From the NCBI RefSeq assembly GCF_006345805.1, contig NC_043020.1:30318001-30382000 (forward strand): a stretch of 64,000 nt of DNA. The letters run 5' to 3'. The notes under the pieces are model-generated. The model saw nothing but the letters and a program-made list of their open reading frames with translations. It had not been told where the DNA came from and ran no database searches. Made by a program: the position numbers and the translations under genes. The DNA is from Octopus sinensis. Its lineage: Eukaryota. Below are positions 14,521 to 27,180 of the stretch, piece after piece (position 1 is the first letter of the stretch; the number at the start of each line of letters is the position of its first letter).

Positions 14521-15079
14521 CCCTACTTTCATTTGTTCACCCATTACATTGCTTTTTGGACAATTCTTGGTTGCCTGGATTCCATCTCCCAATTATTTAT
14601 TTGGTCTGAGCACTAATCCATCTGCATCCAGGCCTTTCGGTCTACTCTTACACACACACACAGATGATGTTAGTGAATGTATTTGTTCATTGGTTTTAAT
14701 GTCCATTTTTGTTGATGCCAGCATCGGTTGGACAGAAGCCTAGTTAAGCTGCCATTCAGTGGATGACCTTCATGTCATTAACCCTTATCTGTTTTTTTCA
14801 AATGAAGAAATTTTGTAATCCATTGGTCTTTGAAATTGCAGAGCAACTGGCTGCAATGTTATCAAATAACGCAAATATCACATCACCATTTTTAGTCTCA
14901 AGAACTGGTGAGAAAGGAAACTGAAGAATGTCAACGTTCATGTGTGCATGCACACACAGGATGAGCTTTCATACCATTTCTGTCTACCAATGCCACTCAC
15001 AAAGCATTGCTTAGCCCAGGGCTATAATGGAAGATATCTATCCAAGGGACTGTGCAATGGAACTAAACCAAAGACCACA

Positions 15080-15280
15080 TCATCATCATCATTTAACGTC
15101 CTCCTTCCATGACGGCATGGGTCGGATGGTTTGATGGGAGCTGGCAAGTCAGGGGACTTCACCAAGGTCCACTGTCTGCTCAGGCCTTATTTCTACAGCT
15201 GGATGTCCTTTCTAATGCCAATCACTCTACAGGAGGTGGACTGGGCGCCTTCTATATGGCACCAGCAGCAGAAGCAGCAG
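15080..15280 (-). mobile_element. RTE 3'-end copy, truncated
   Basis: CATCATCATCATTTAACGTCC tail and CAGCTGGATGTCCTTTCTAATGCCAA motif. Confidence 0.7.
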
Positions 15281-15976
15281 TGGGGTTCCCAAGTAATTTG
15301 CAAGACAAAATCCCCTCAACTGGGAGGGGAGAGTAATATTGAAGGAGTTGACTTTGTGTCAGGAGAAGAGAGTTTCGAGTATGGAAAGAGAGGGAGAGAG
15401 AATGGAGAGGAAGAGAGGAGAGAGGGGGAGAGCATAAAGAGAAAGAGAGATGAGGAAATAGGGGAGAGGGGAAAAAGAGGGGAGGGAGGGGGAGAGAGCT
15501 CTTTCACCGTCCTCAATAGGAAATACTAAAGAGTGATAACTCTGGGCAGATTCAAAGTCATAGCTTCAACCGAAAATGTTGGTCCAAAGGACCAGAAACA
15601 TGTATCTGAGAATCCACTAGAGGGAAGCACCAGGCAGATATGGTGTTTTTACAACAGTCACAAATTTGCCTTTAGAAGTTGAAATACGTTGCAAACATAT
15701 TTTAACTAACCTGGAATTGGTTTATTCTTTGTCACAGATTGGCACTGGAGCGGCTTTATACACACACACACACACACATACATATATATACATACACATA
15801 CATAAATATATGTACATATACACACACACACACATATATATACATACACATACATAAATATATGTACATACACACACACACATATATATATAAATATGTG
15901 TATATACATATAAAAATAATATATGTATACATATATACAATTTCATTTGTATATAGACATGTACATGGGTATGTGA

Positions 15977-16020
<44 letters not shown>

Positions 16021-16579
16021 ACATATATATATGTATGTATGTATGTTTATGTGTGTGTGTGTGTGGGTGTGCATGTTGTGTATATAATGAATGGAATGAA
16101 GATGGGGAAATAAGTGATGGAGGAAGATAATTGGCCAAGAAGAGAAATTTTAATAAGTATTCTTTATTCGGGTTTTGGTGCGTGTTGATTTTGCCGTTAA
16201 TGAAATGTTTAATAAGCCAACGAAATTACAGAGAAGCCTTGGCAAATATGAGAGCCAATGTTTGGATTGCTTGCGTTTCTATGTCGGTAGCCATTGTTGG
16301 CTACACTGAAAGAGGAGAAGTGGCCGACAAGATGAAGAGGAAGGAGAGGAAGGAGACAAAGGAAGACACTTGAAGAGGAAAACAAAAGAAAAATATGAAT
16401 AAATTGTTGAGATATTTGAATAAAAAATAAAGATTTGCATCTGGGTATTGTGATGATAGCTTTTTAAAATACACACACACACACACGTATGTATATACAC
16501 ATAAACATGCACACACATACACATATATATATATATAGATTGATATATATATATACACACATTATATGTCCATGTGGGA

Positions 16580-16830
16580 ATGTGTGGTTTAGTGGTCAGG
16601 GTGTTGCATCTAAGATTGTAAGATTGATGTTTCAATTCCTGGGCCAGGCGATGCATTCTGTCCTTGAGCAAAACACTTCACTTCACGCTGCTCCAGTCCA
16701 CTCAGCTGACAAAAGTGGTTAACCCTGTCACAGGCTGGCACCCCATCCAAGAGGGGAATATATACACCACAGAATCTGAGGAACTGATATTTTTAGCCTA
16801 TGACTTGGGAAGGACACTTCATCCTTTGAC
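16580..16830 (+). mobile_element. tRNA-derived SINE family K
   Basis: GTGGTTTAGTGGTCAGGGTGTTG head, TTCAATTCC B-box, CTTGAGCAAAACACTTCACTTCACGCTGCTCCAGTCCACTCAGCTG core. Confidence 0.75.
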
Positions 16831-16851
16831 ATATGTGTGAGAGTGTATATG

Positions 16852-16885
<34 letters not shown>

Positions 16886-16894
16886 TATATATAT

Positions 16895-16936
<42 letters not shown>

Positions 16937-17902
16937 GAGAAACAGACAGACAGACAGACAGACAGACGTGTGTGTAGTGCGTATGTGTATATATATATAT
17001 ATATATATACACATAAAGTGAGAGGAAGGAGCAAACTGCAACATATATGTAGATATGTATGTATACACATGTGTGTATATATGCACACACACACACACAC
17101 ATCCTTTTGTGCATTCTATTGTCTGTGCTATTTCTTGTATGAATTTATTTTTATATAATTTTTTTTCCTCGTCTTTTCTTAAGTAAAGGATTTGCTTCTT
17201 ACCATTTATTTTGGTTCTTCAGTCAACATCAATAGTGTAAACATTTTCTCCATTAATTCTATTGATTCCCCCAAAAAACGAAAAACAATAAAACAAAAAC
17301 CAAAAACTAAAAAAAAACACAATATAAATACATAAAAATAAAAGCAACAACAACAACCTTACTTTACATAAGTAAAAGAAAGAAATACAAAGATAAAACA
17401 CACCACCAATAACAACACCCTGACTCAGCAATAAATCTATAGAAATATAGAAAATTATCTTTAGTTGCTTTTGTTGTTTTTTGTTGTTGTTGCTTATTTT
17501 TTTTTATATTGTATGTTAGTTTTTGTTTTTTTATTGGTTGTTACAAGATAAAAAAAATAAAAGTTTTTACATCGCTGAGGAGGAAAATATTCATGTCATT
17601 GTTTTTAAAGTATCATGTTGGGTTGCTTGCTATATATGGGTTTTTTTTTATTGTTTTTATCATCCTGGGTTTGGTTATTTTTATCTTTTGCTGTTGTTCT
17701 TTTATTTCCATTCCCTACCCCCCGACCCACCCCCCACACGCCACCTTTTAGCACAGCAGCCTTCGGAGATTGGCAAACATCGCGGATTTTTATAGTTGTT
17801 TGACATCGGATCCTACAGAATGGTAAATGTGCAGCACAGAATTATGATAGACAGGCTGCATCCTCATCCGTGGATGTGTGCAATTATTTGAAACAATACA
17901 TC

Positions 17903-18188
17903 CATGTAATGTTTAGCACAACCATGACATGAGCAGTATGTTCTCAGGGTAAATACAGAATATTCATGATATATGAGCAGTATGTTTATGATATATATGC
18001 AGTATATAAATTATATGTATATTTATGAAATGTGTGCAGTGTATACACACACACATGTAATGTGTAGCATATCCATGACATGAGCAGTACGTTCTCATGA
18101 TATATGGGCAGTATATTCATGATATATATGCAGTGTATAAATCATATGTATATTCATGGAATGCGTGCAGTGTATACACACACACATA
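17903..18188. repeat. Tandem duplication of a ~140-150-bp unit with ~21-bp CATGATATATG(A/G)GCAGTAT subrepeats
   Basis: CATGTAATGT(T/G)TAGCA..CCATGACATGAGCAGTA(T/C)GTTCTCA occurs twice. Confidence 0.75.
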
Positions 18189-18208
18189 TTTTTGAGTTCT
18201 TCATTTCT

Positions 18209-18254
<46 letters not shown>

Positions 18255-19607
18255 CTTATTAATAAAGCTGGAAAGACATCACAAAAACTGTTACTCAGAG
18301 TTGGATGGGTGGATAGACAGCTAGATAAATAGATAGATATGTGTATATATCATCATCATCATCATCACCATCACCATCATTTAATGTTTACCTTCCATGC
18401 GATCATGGATTGAATGGGTTGACAAAAGCTGGCAAGCAAGAGGGCTAAGCCAAGATCTCTTTTTTTCTCTCTCTCTCTTTGTATATATGTATATATATAT
18501 ATATATATATACAGGTATATATATGGTGGTGTGGTCAAGATGTCTACTTCCCAAGCTCCATGGTTTCAGGTTCAATATGACTGCATGGCATCTTGGAGAA
18601 GTGGGTGTCTTTTATTATGGCCATGAGAGTGGATTTGATAGAGAGGAACTGAAAGAAACCTATTACACACACCCACACACAACAGGCTTCCTTTAGTTGG
18701 CCTGAGGCTGTAGTAGAAAACACTTGCCCAAGGTGTCACGTAATGAGACTGAACCCAGAACCATGTGGTTGGGAAGCTTGCTTCTTACCACACAACCAGG
18801 CCAGCCACCACGTATTCGTACACATCTGCAACGTTAGTTGAGCAATAATTAGAAATAATTTAAACGAGACATAAATATCCAAATCTAATTTTCTACCAAA
18901 GTTTTTATCGTGATTATTATTATTGTTATTATTATTATTATTTTCATTTTTTCAACCGAGAGTTTATAAAATTTTATCTAATTAAAAGAATTAATGAAGA
19001 AAAACAAGACTATTCAACAAAAGCATATTTTCTAATATTGACCCAATCTTAAAATACAGAAAGCATTGAATTCTGAAAGTATTCCATTATCAACTTTCTT
19101 AACCCCACCACCACCACCACCACCACAAAGTACTACTACCACCACCACCAGTTTCAAGACTTGCATCACCACCACTGTTGTGAACACCACAACTACCACC
19201 ACCATGAACTACTACTACTACTACTACCACCACCACCACACGAACAACAACAACAACCATTACACCGCCACCACCACTGCTACTACTACCAATTCCCCCC
19301 CCCCCCACCACCTTCACCCCCCCATCTTCCTGCTTCTTCTCCACCCCTCAAAGAATTGCTGCAAAGAAGCCTTGTCTCTCCCCAGTTACTACAATGCCAC
19401 AATGTCATTTAGTTGAATTCTAATCACCAATTATAGAAATTAACATTAAACTATATCCAATTTGCAGAATAATAGGATAAACTCAAAATTAGCAAATCAA
19501 TACTTTCTGCAAATTTTCATATAATCTAATATTATTTATTTATCATTAGATTGAAAATTATTAGGTTTTGTCTATTTTTTTTCTCCTTTCCAAGAATTTT
19601 TACCGTT

Positions 19608-19945
19608 GTTGTTTAACTTCAGGTTAGTCGAGCAGACAAACCTGAAACAAAATGGATTCAAGCTGTGACCATCCTGTCGTATTTCTATGTACAGGAAATC
19701 CAAAACCCATATTATAAAAGGTGTCCTTTTCTAAAACATGTTAAGCAATCCAGCTGTGACCATCCAGGCTTGTTCTTAAGTATAGGGAATCCATGATCAA
19801 ATTAATCCAATGTGTACTTTTCTATAACATGAAAAGCACTCCAGCTGTGACCATCACATCTTATTTCCTAAAATAAAAAAAATGGTGTAATTTGAAGGAA
19901 ATTTGGATGCTATTTTTAGAAGGTTGAGCGACCACAAAGAGGCTT
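19608..19945 (+). repeat. Family T repeat, 91-bp internal units plus terminal module
   Basis: AGCTGTGACCATC anchors at 19661, 19752, 19843; terminal GGAAATTTGGATGCTATTTTTAGAAGGTTGAGCGACCAC. Confidence 0.7.
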
Positions 19946-20048
19946 ATTCATTGATTCATAATGAAGTTACCAATGGTGAAGCAGAGGTGAAAGCCCCCCC
20001 CCCCCCCGAATAAATTGATAGGATTGAAAAAATTGAACAGTAACATAT

Positions 20049-20298
20049 TACATTATTCAATTTTGACGGATATTTGTCCTCATCTTGTTTGTTGTTAACA
20101 CATCTTTTCGGCTGATGTACCCTCCAGCCTTCATCAGGTGTCTTGGGGGAAATTTGGAACCTGAGTTCTCATTCCGAAGGTATTTTTCAATGTTATTATT
20201 ATTCAGGTCACTGCCTGGAATCGAACTAAAATTCACTCCATAACTGCCCGCAGACATATGGTGTACTGGTTAAGAGTGTGGACTACTAACTCCAAGAT
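20049..20298 (-). mobile_element. Short element with tRNA-like head and internal hammerhead motif (candidate SINE); 5' head segment inverted
   Basis: B-box GTTCGATTCC on minus (20217-20226); A-box-like TGGTGTACTGG plus GGTTAAGAGTGTGGACTACTAACTCC on plus (20259-20293); hammerhead motif at 20097-20142 on minus. Confidence 0.65.
20097..20142 (-). ncRNA. Minimal hammerhead ribozyme motif A (stem III/cleavage site mutated)
   Basis: GACAC-CTGATGA-A-GGCTG(gagggtacat)CAGCC-GAA-AAGA-T-GTGTT; stem I 5 bp incl. one G-U, stem II 5 bp; AAGA is two changes from the ACGT palindrome. Confidence 0.75.
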
Positions 20299-20654
20299 AC
20301 TGATGCAAAATGCTGATGACACACAGACACACACACACGACAGACTTCTTTCAGTTTCTCTCTTCCAAATCCACTCACAAGACTTTGGTCAGCTGAGGCC
20401 ATAGTAGAAGACACCCGACCAAAGTGCCCAGAACCATGTGGTTGGGAGGTAAACTTTGTACCACAGAACCTTGCCTGCATATATATATATATACGTATCA
20501 TGAGCCTGGTGCAGCCATCTGCCTCCCCAGTCAAACTGTCCAACCCATGCCAGCATGGAAAGCAGATGTTAAAATGATGATGATGATGATGATATATACA
20601 TATATATGAGAAAGTGAGATGACAAAAGAATAAATGATGTCATGAACTCCATTA

Positions 20655-20733
20655 GCTTACAGCTGTTTCTGCTATATGATGCAGTGGACTCGTGGTTGAG
20701 TGTCTGAGTAACAGCTTATAGCTTCATCAGAGC
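20655..20733 (-). ncRNA. Hammerhead ribozyme motif B, 40-nt loop II, 8-bp palindromic stem III
   Basis: GCT-CTGATGA-A-GCTATA(40 nt)TATAGC-A-GAA-ACAGCTGT-A-AGC; GUA triplet; ~50-nt tail then (TA)n. Confidence 0.8.
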
Positions 20734-21616
20734 ATATGTATGTATTATATTATATGTACCGACACATACAATGGATTTCTCTACTGGATTCCACACACAC
20801 ACACACTGGCACTGATTGACTTAAGCGTAAAGCAAGACACCCTTGCTCAGGGTGGCACAATCCAGCAGGGTCCCACATGACACCACACTGTGCCAAACAG
20901 AACTTCTTAACCGCACAGCCAAACCTATGCAAATCTACAAGACATGAATGTTAATACAAACAGCAATGTAGGTTTATTGGAGAGAATTCCAGATTAGGAA
21001 TTCGATGATAATCCAGCTTCCACTAATCGACTTCCTGGGATTTTATTTGTTCTTTTTCCAGACAACAAAATCAACTGCAAAACCATTCATGCCATTATAA
21101 TACATTTCTTTGAAATGTCTTAATCCAAGCAACTTAGATGGGATTAGCAGGTAATATAATCTGAAATCTATACAGCAAATGTCATCACCAAAGTGTCACG
21201 AGAAAGCTTGTATGTGGCCACCCAACCTGTTAGCAATAGCAGTCAAATCTCCCTCAAAATCACACCACAGTGTCTTAAAGAGAAGGAAACACTATTCAGT
21301 GCTTCTTGCACTTTTATCTTGCTTCAGTCATTGGGTTGTGGCCATGCTGGAGCACTGTCTTGAATGACTGAGTCAAACAATTCAACCTCAATGCTTATTT
21401 TTTAAAGTCTGGTACTTACTTTATCGACCCCCTTTTGCTGAGCTACAAAGTTACAGGGACAGAAACCAACTAACACCAGCATGGGTCAGCAATGGAAGGT
21501 GTACAATGCACCTCCTCAGGTGACTGTTTTAAATAAGCCCTTTGTCAGGGCCCTACTGTCATTTCACTCAGCCTGACTATGCAGACCCAAAGCGATGTGT
21601 CCTTTTCAGTAGTTCA

Positions 21617-21685
21617 CAGACAAAACTAAACCCATAAATATAGTGACAGACAAAACTAAACCCATAAATACAGTGACAGACAAAA
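21617..21685. repeat. 30-bp tandem repeat, 2.3 copies
   Basis: CAGACAAAACTAAACCCATAAATA(T/C)AGTGA x2 plus CAGACAAAA. Confidence 0.9.
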
Positions 21686-22959
21686 TGCAAAAAAAAAAAA
21701 AAGAAATGGACACAAAAGAGGGAGGCGGGGTAGGCAGGTCGACTATAAATTACAATTCTGTCTTCATGGTCAGATTGTGAATGAAGAAATGGAGAATGGA
21801 GAATAAAAGTAAGCATTTAGAGATGATGAAACGATAAAGTGATGAAGACTGGTCATTTCAGTAGTTATTCAGAAACTGTTTCTTTATTTCTGTGAAGAAT
21901 GTTTATATATATATATGTATATATATATATATAGAAGTTGCGTATGGATGAGGACAGCTGTGTGAAGTTTCTGTTTATCAAATCCACTCAAAACGCATTG
22001 GTCTAGCCAGGGGCTGTAGTAGAAGACACTTGCCCAAGGTGCCACGCAGTGGGACTGAACCCAGAACCATGAGGTTGGGAAGTGAGTTTCTTAACAGCCA
22101 AGGTAAAATGAAATAAGTAGGATGGCCCCATTTGGAATGCTTTTCGTCATTGGTCTACATGATGAGACGGTACCAGGATGGGGTGGGGGTAAAATCAAAG
22201 AATAAGAAAAGCAACAGAGCCATGAGCCAGCCAGAGTAGACTCCTTTGGTGGTTGCTTGATATGCTAGAAATAGCAGTCAGATCTACCTGAATTGAAACC
22301 AATGTGTTTGACAAGGATAGATATATTTGAATTATTCAGAGCCTCAGTACACCACCTCAAAAAAAAATATCCGTCACCCACCCCATTGAACCCCCCACCC
22401 AGAAAAAATACACGGTCACGAATGAAAGAGCTTTGATCATATGTCTGCTCAAAGTTGACCTACAGTTAAACAACATATATACTACAACACATACACATAG
22501 ATACACACACACACACACACACGTGCCTGTGTATGAGAGAGAAATGTGTGTGTGTGCATGTTTATATACACGTATATATATATATATATTTCAACTTGTT
22601 CCTGTGGTAGGTTTTCGTGGTGTTCCCCACTAAAAAACCAAAATGGTACTGAGATAACCTGAAGGCCACTCCCAGAAAGTAGAACAGATAAACAGAGAGC
22701 ACCGTAGGTTCTGTCTGGAATGGTGTGTGGTGCCTGGAGATTGATTTGACACAGTCGCATCCAGTCGCTAGAACTGGGACTCCCTTCAACTTTCTAAAGA
22801 AAATATTAAGCAAACAAGGAACAGCTGCTAGTGATTTACCAAAAACCTCTCAAAGACACATTCTTGGTCCTCAGTGCCAAAAATATCAGTTAAAGGAACT
22901 GGAATAACCGGGGACTAAAGGACAGAAATAATTAAGTACATTGCAGAAAGTGGCAATCA

Positions 22960-23420
22960 GTGTGAGTGATCGTCTGGAGTGTGGCCATACTGGAGCACTG
23001 CCTTGAAGGGGTTTTAGTTGAAGACACCAACTCCAGTACTTACTTCTTAAGTCTGGTATGTGTCCTATTGGTCTCTTTTGGTGAACTGCTACATTATGGG
23101 GATGCAAACAAACCAACATAGGTTGTCAAATGGTGGAAGGAGGGAAAAGCACAAACATCCACACACACGACAGGCTTCCACAGAGTTTCCGTCTACCAAA
23201 CCCTCTGCTTTGTCCAAACTGGGGCTATAGTAGAAGACACTTGCCCAAAGTTCCACGCAGTGGGACTGAACCTGGAACCACATGGTTGCAATGCAAACTC
23301 CTTAACCACACAAGTCATGTCTGCACCCAATTATTTTATTTTTCTTATTAGTTTCGGTCAATGTACTGTGGCCATACTGGGGCAATGCCTTCCAATTTTT
23401 GTGTCAATTATATTAGCTGT
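22960..23420 (-). mobile_element. Family C SINE, plus an extra tail fragment
   Basis: Reverse complement homology to 936-1304. Confidence 0.7.
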
Positions 23421-23525
23421 CACTACCACCCCTCCACCCACCTCTAACCAAAATCCAGGCCTTTTGCTGAAATTAGAATAACTTATTATGTACTTTATAT
23501 ATATATATATATATATTTATATATT

Positions 23526-23560
<35 letters not shown>

Positions 23561-23563
<3 letters not shown>

Positions 23564-23764
23564 AATGTGATCGCGTGTGTACCGTTGGCAATTTTTTTTC
23601 CTCTGTCTTCCCTTCTCTGGATCTTTCCTTCTCCTATGTTTCCGACGAAGAGCTCTGCTCGGAACGTTAAACCCTCCTTCTTTCCTGAGCGTCCAATAAT
23701 ACTATATTTGTTCCACGTCCTCGCGTTGTTGTGTTTTTTTGTGCTTTCTTGTTTGGATTAACTT
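23561..23764 (+). mobile_element. Penelope-like terminal fragment embedded in (TA)n, carrying hammerhead motif C at 23638-23672
   Basis: GTTT-CCGACGA-A-GAGC(tct)GCTC-GGA-ACGT-T-AAAC; (TA)n on both sides; its 3' ~80 nt recur near-identically at 26488-26566. Confidence 0.7.
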
Positions 23765-26487
23765 TATATATATATATATATATATATATCATAACTGCAT
23801 AGTTATATGACTATGATTGTTCTGATAAGGTTATGTAAGAATTATTGAAACAGCTGTGGAAATGAATATCTAAGATATCACCATTATTGTCTATTTTCTG
23901 TCACTCTTCGACACACACACACGAATACAAAATACACTCACAAATATACATGAACATATAGAAGATACACTCACACACACACACACATGCATGCATGCTC
24001 ACACTTACACACGTCCATGTAATAGATACAGTGGCACAGTCATACGTATGCACATATATACACAGATATATAGATATATATATATATATATATACGTACA
24101 TAAATAAATACACACAGTTACAGAAACACATATACATATGCCTTCACACACACACACAAACCATTGGACAGAGCAAACGAAGACATTCAATTGTGATTTG
24201 AGGCAAGATGATTGATTTTCAATATGGAAATTTTGCGAAATGTGGTTTAACAGGGAGAATATTGGACATGTTTACAAGAGGGAGGAGGGAGGGTGGCCTG
24301 GTTGTTGGAACAGCAGAACATTGAGGTGGACCAGTGGTAAGAGTAATGGATTACAAGGGGGTGGGAGGATTGGTGCAATGGCTGGATGGTGAAACATTGG
24401 ATTATTGGAGGGAGTGGGGGAGGAATGGTGACGATGGAAGAAGAAAAAGATGAAGAGGAGAGAGAAGAAGAAGAAGAAAAAGATGAAGAGGAGAGAGAGA
24501 AGAAGAAGAAGAGAAGAAGACTAAGCAAGAAAAGGAAAATTAGATGAAATCTGATGATGATGAGGGTGATGATGTTAGTGATGAGAATGGTAAAAGCAAC
24601 AATATGATGATGATTATGATGGTGGTGATGATGATGATGATGAGGAGGAGGAGGAGAAGGAGGGGGAAGAGGAGTGAGTGTAGGCTATGGAAACCAAAAT
24701 AATCAAATTGGTCTAACGGAAAAGAGAGAAAGGGGGGGAGAAAGAGAGGCGAGAGAGAGAGGGAAAGAAAGAAAGAGAGAGAGAGAGAGAGGGGGGGATT
24801 TGAGAAAACATTAACAACAACAGTAACAGTTACAATTTCATGAAAAATATGGTAATATCATCTCTCTCCCTCTCTCCCTTCTTTATCCCTCTCTCTCTCA
24901 CCTCTTCCTCTCACTCATGTTTACCTAAAAGCAAAGTAAATATATCAACACTTAAGCTTATACACACAGCCTTCTACATATATATATATATATATATACA
25001 CACATGCCCATACATTCATGTATGTATGCATATAATATATTTGAATGTATATGAATGTATGTGTGTGCATGTATGTGTGCATGTATGCGTATATATATAT
25101 ATATATGTACATATGTATACACGTGCATTTGTGTGTGTATATGTGTATATATGTGTGTGTGTGTGTGTAGAATGTGAATGCAAACTGGGCAAACAGAAAG
25201 AGGCTACAAGAACAGGGTGGAGGAAGGGGAGGAGGGGGATGACAGAGAAGGAGAAAGAGAGGGAGGAGGAAGAGGAAGGGTGCAGGAGAAGGAGACAGGT
25301 AGGAAGAGGAGGAGGAGAAGGGGGAGTGCAAAACAAATTTAAGTTTGGGAATGGCAGAAGTAAGGAGCAGGCAGAGGGGGTGGTGGTGGGAGGGGGTTGT
25401 TTTGAAGAATCAATAGAGTGATTGGGGAGGAGGCAGAGGCGGAGGAGGAGGAGACGAGATGGAATAATTAACCAGCTCAAACCTCAAGTATATTAATTAT
25501 TTGACAACAAGAGAAGAAACAAGGACGGACGACGCTCAGCTGAATTCCTTCAAGAAAAATACACACGCATTAAACAAACTTACACACACACACACAAACT
25601 TATACACACACTCACAAACCTACACACACACACATTCAAGGTTTTCAAAATGTCTTGCAATCATTTTTCAAATTTGAATACTGTTTTTGGATGTTTGAAG
25701 CAATGAAGGAAGCTGTATGTGGTCGCTAGATCTGCTGGAAATAGTAGTTGACTCTTCTTCAAATCACACCCAACTGTCTAAAAACCAGAGAAGGGAACCT
25801 TATGCCATGTAATACTAGGTAGACTGTGTCTGAATAAAAAGACAGGATGTCCATGGATGGAATGCCTTTGCTTATGAATATGAGTTGGCTCGATCAGGAC
25901 CCACTTTGGATTAAGCAATAACATGAAGTTTCTCTGTTTATGAAGATAAAATGGTGGCAAGCCTTTTGTCTGTCTTTATGTTCTGAGTTCAAATTCCACT
26001 CAGGTCAGCCTTGCCTTTTCATCATTCTGGGGTCGATAAATAAAATACCAGTTGAGCACTGGGGTCAATATATTTGACCAGCCCTTCTCCCCTAAATTCC
26101 AGGCCTTGTGCTTAGAGTTGAAAGGATTATTTGTGGCAGCAGAACAAAAGAGATTTCTTCATAACTTCTTATTGAAATTTCATTCCAATGCATCGGCAAG
26201 AACAACAGTCGTACGTATAGATAATATAAATGTATGAAGGATTTTTTTAATTAATAATCAGTAGAAATTACAGAGTGATTGAGGGCCAAGGGTTTCATGT
26301 GTTGGCATTTCTGCCCTTAAGTCATTGTGTAAATCCTGCTGATTATTAATATTTAAAAAAAACAAACAAACATATACTCATGCCTTGAGTTCTATTTTCC
26401 CGTTTGCACCAGCAAACATAAATATATACATAGATAGAGAGACAGAGACACATGTATATCTGTGTGTATGTATATATATATATATAT

Positions 26488-26566
26488 AAAGTTAATCCAA
26501 ACAAGAAAGCACAACAACGCGAGGACGTGGAACAAATATAGTATTATTGGACGCTCAGGAAAGAAA
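26488..26566 (-). mobile_element. 5'-truncated copy of the 23561-23764 family in (TA)n
   Basis: Reverse complement of TTTCCTGAGCGTCCAATAATACTATATTTGTTCCACGTCCTCGCGTTGTTGTG..CTTTCTTGTTTGGATTAACTTT with a small internal deletion. Confidence 0.85.
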
Positions 26567-26647
26567 TATATATATATATACGTTTAAATATTTGTTGTGC
26601 AAGATTTATTGGCTAAACTGGCAATATGACCATTCCGAAATATAACA

Positions 26648-26679
<32 letters not shown>

Positions 26680-26754
26680 TATATATATAACATCTAGTAT
26701 AATTATAAACAGAGCAAATTTTTAGCCATTTTTTCAGACGGAAAAAAATGATGA

Positions 26755-26797
26755 ACCTTAATCAATTTCCGAACCTTATTGGGTTCTCATCAGAGGC
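26755..26797 (-). ncRNA. Hammerhead ribozyme motif D
   Basis: GCCT-CTGATGA-GAACC(caataa)GGTTC-GGA-AATTGATT-A-AGGT; stem III self-complementary with two G-U pairs; ~70-nt tail then (TA)n. Confidence 0.75.
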
Positions 26798-26984
26798 GTC
26801 TACATCATCCTGACAGTCTCCAGAGAAACAAGTAGTCAAACTGTTTATATACTCAACAAATGCAGCAGTTACTCTATGAAGGAATCCCTAATTTGCATAT
26901 CGAAAGTGTTTAACGCTCTACAAACACCAACGGGGATCTTAGTCCACACAGTATCAAGGTATGATATAATATATATAATCATCA

Positions 26985-27180
26985 TCATCATCATTCAACA
27001 TTCTCTTCCACGCTGGCATGGGTTGGGCGGTGTGGGAGGAGCTGACCAACCAGAGAGCTGCATCATACTTCTGTGTCCGTTTTGGCAGTTTTTACAGCTG
27101 GATACCCTTCCTAACATCAACCACCCAGCAGAGTGGACTGAGTACCTTTTATGTGGCACCAGCACAGGTGAGGTCAGTTT
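26985..27180 (-). mobile_element. RTE 3'-end copy
   Basis: (CAT)n tail and CAGCTGGATACCCTTCCTAACATCAAC motif. Confidence 0.7.

Noticed and set aside
14790-14925. Open frames on both strands flanked by splice-like sites
   Set aside because: The apparent splice signals overlap a decayed family C SINE segment (TGGT..GGAAACTGAAGAA); peptide not recognised.
21490-21525. Minus-strand CTGAGGA-GGTG(cattgta)CACC
   Set aside because: Followed by TTCC rather than GAAA; just a small hairpin.
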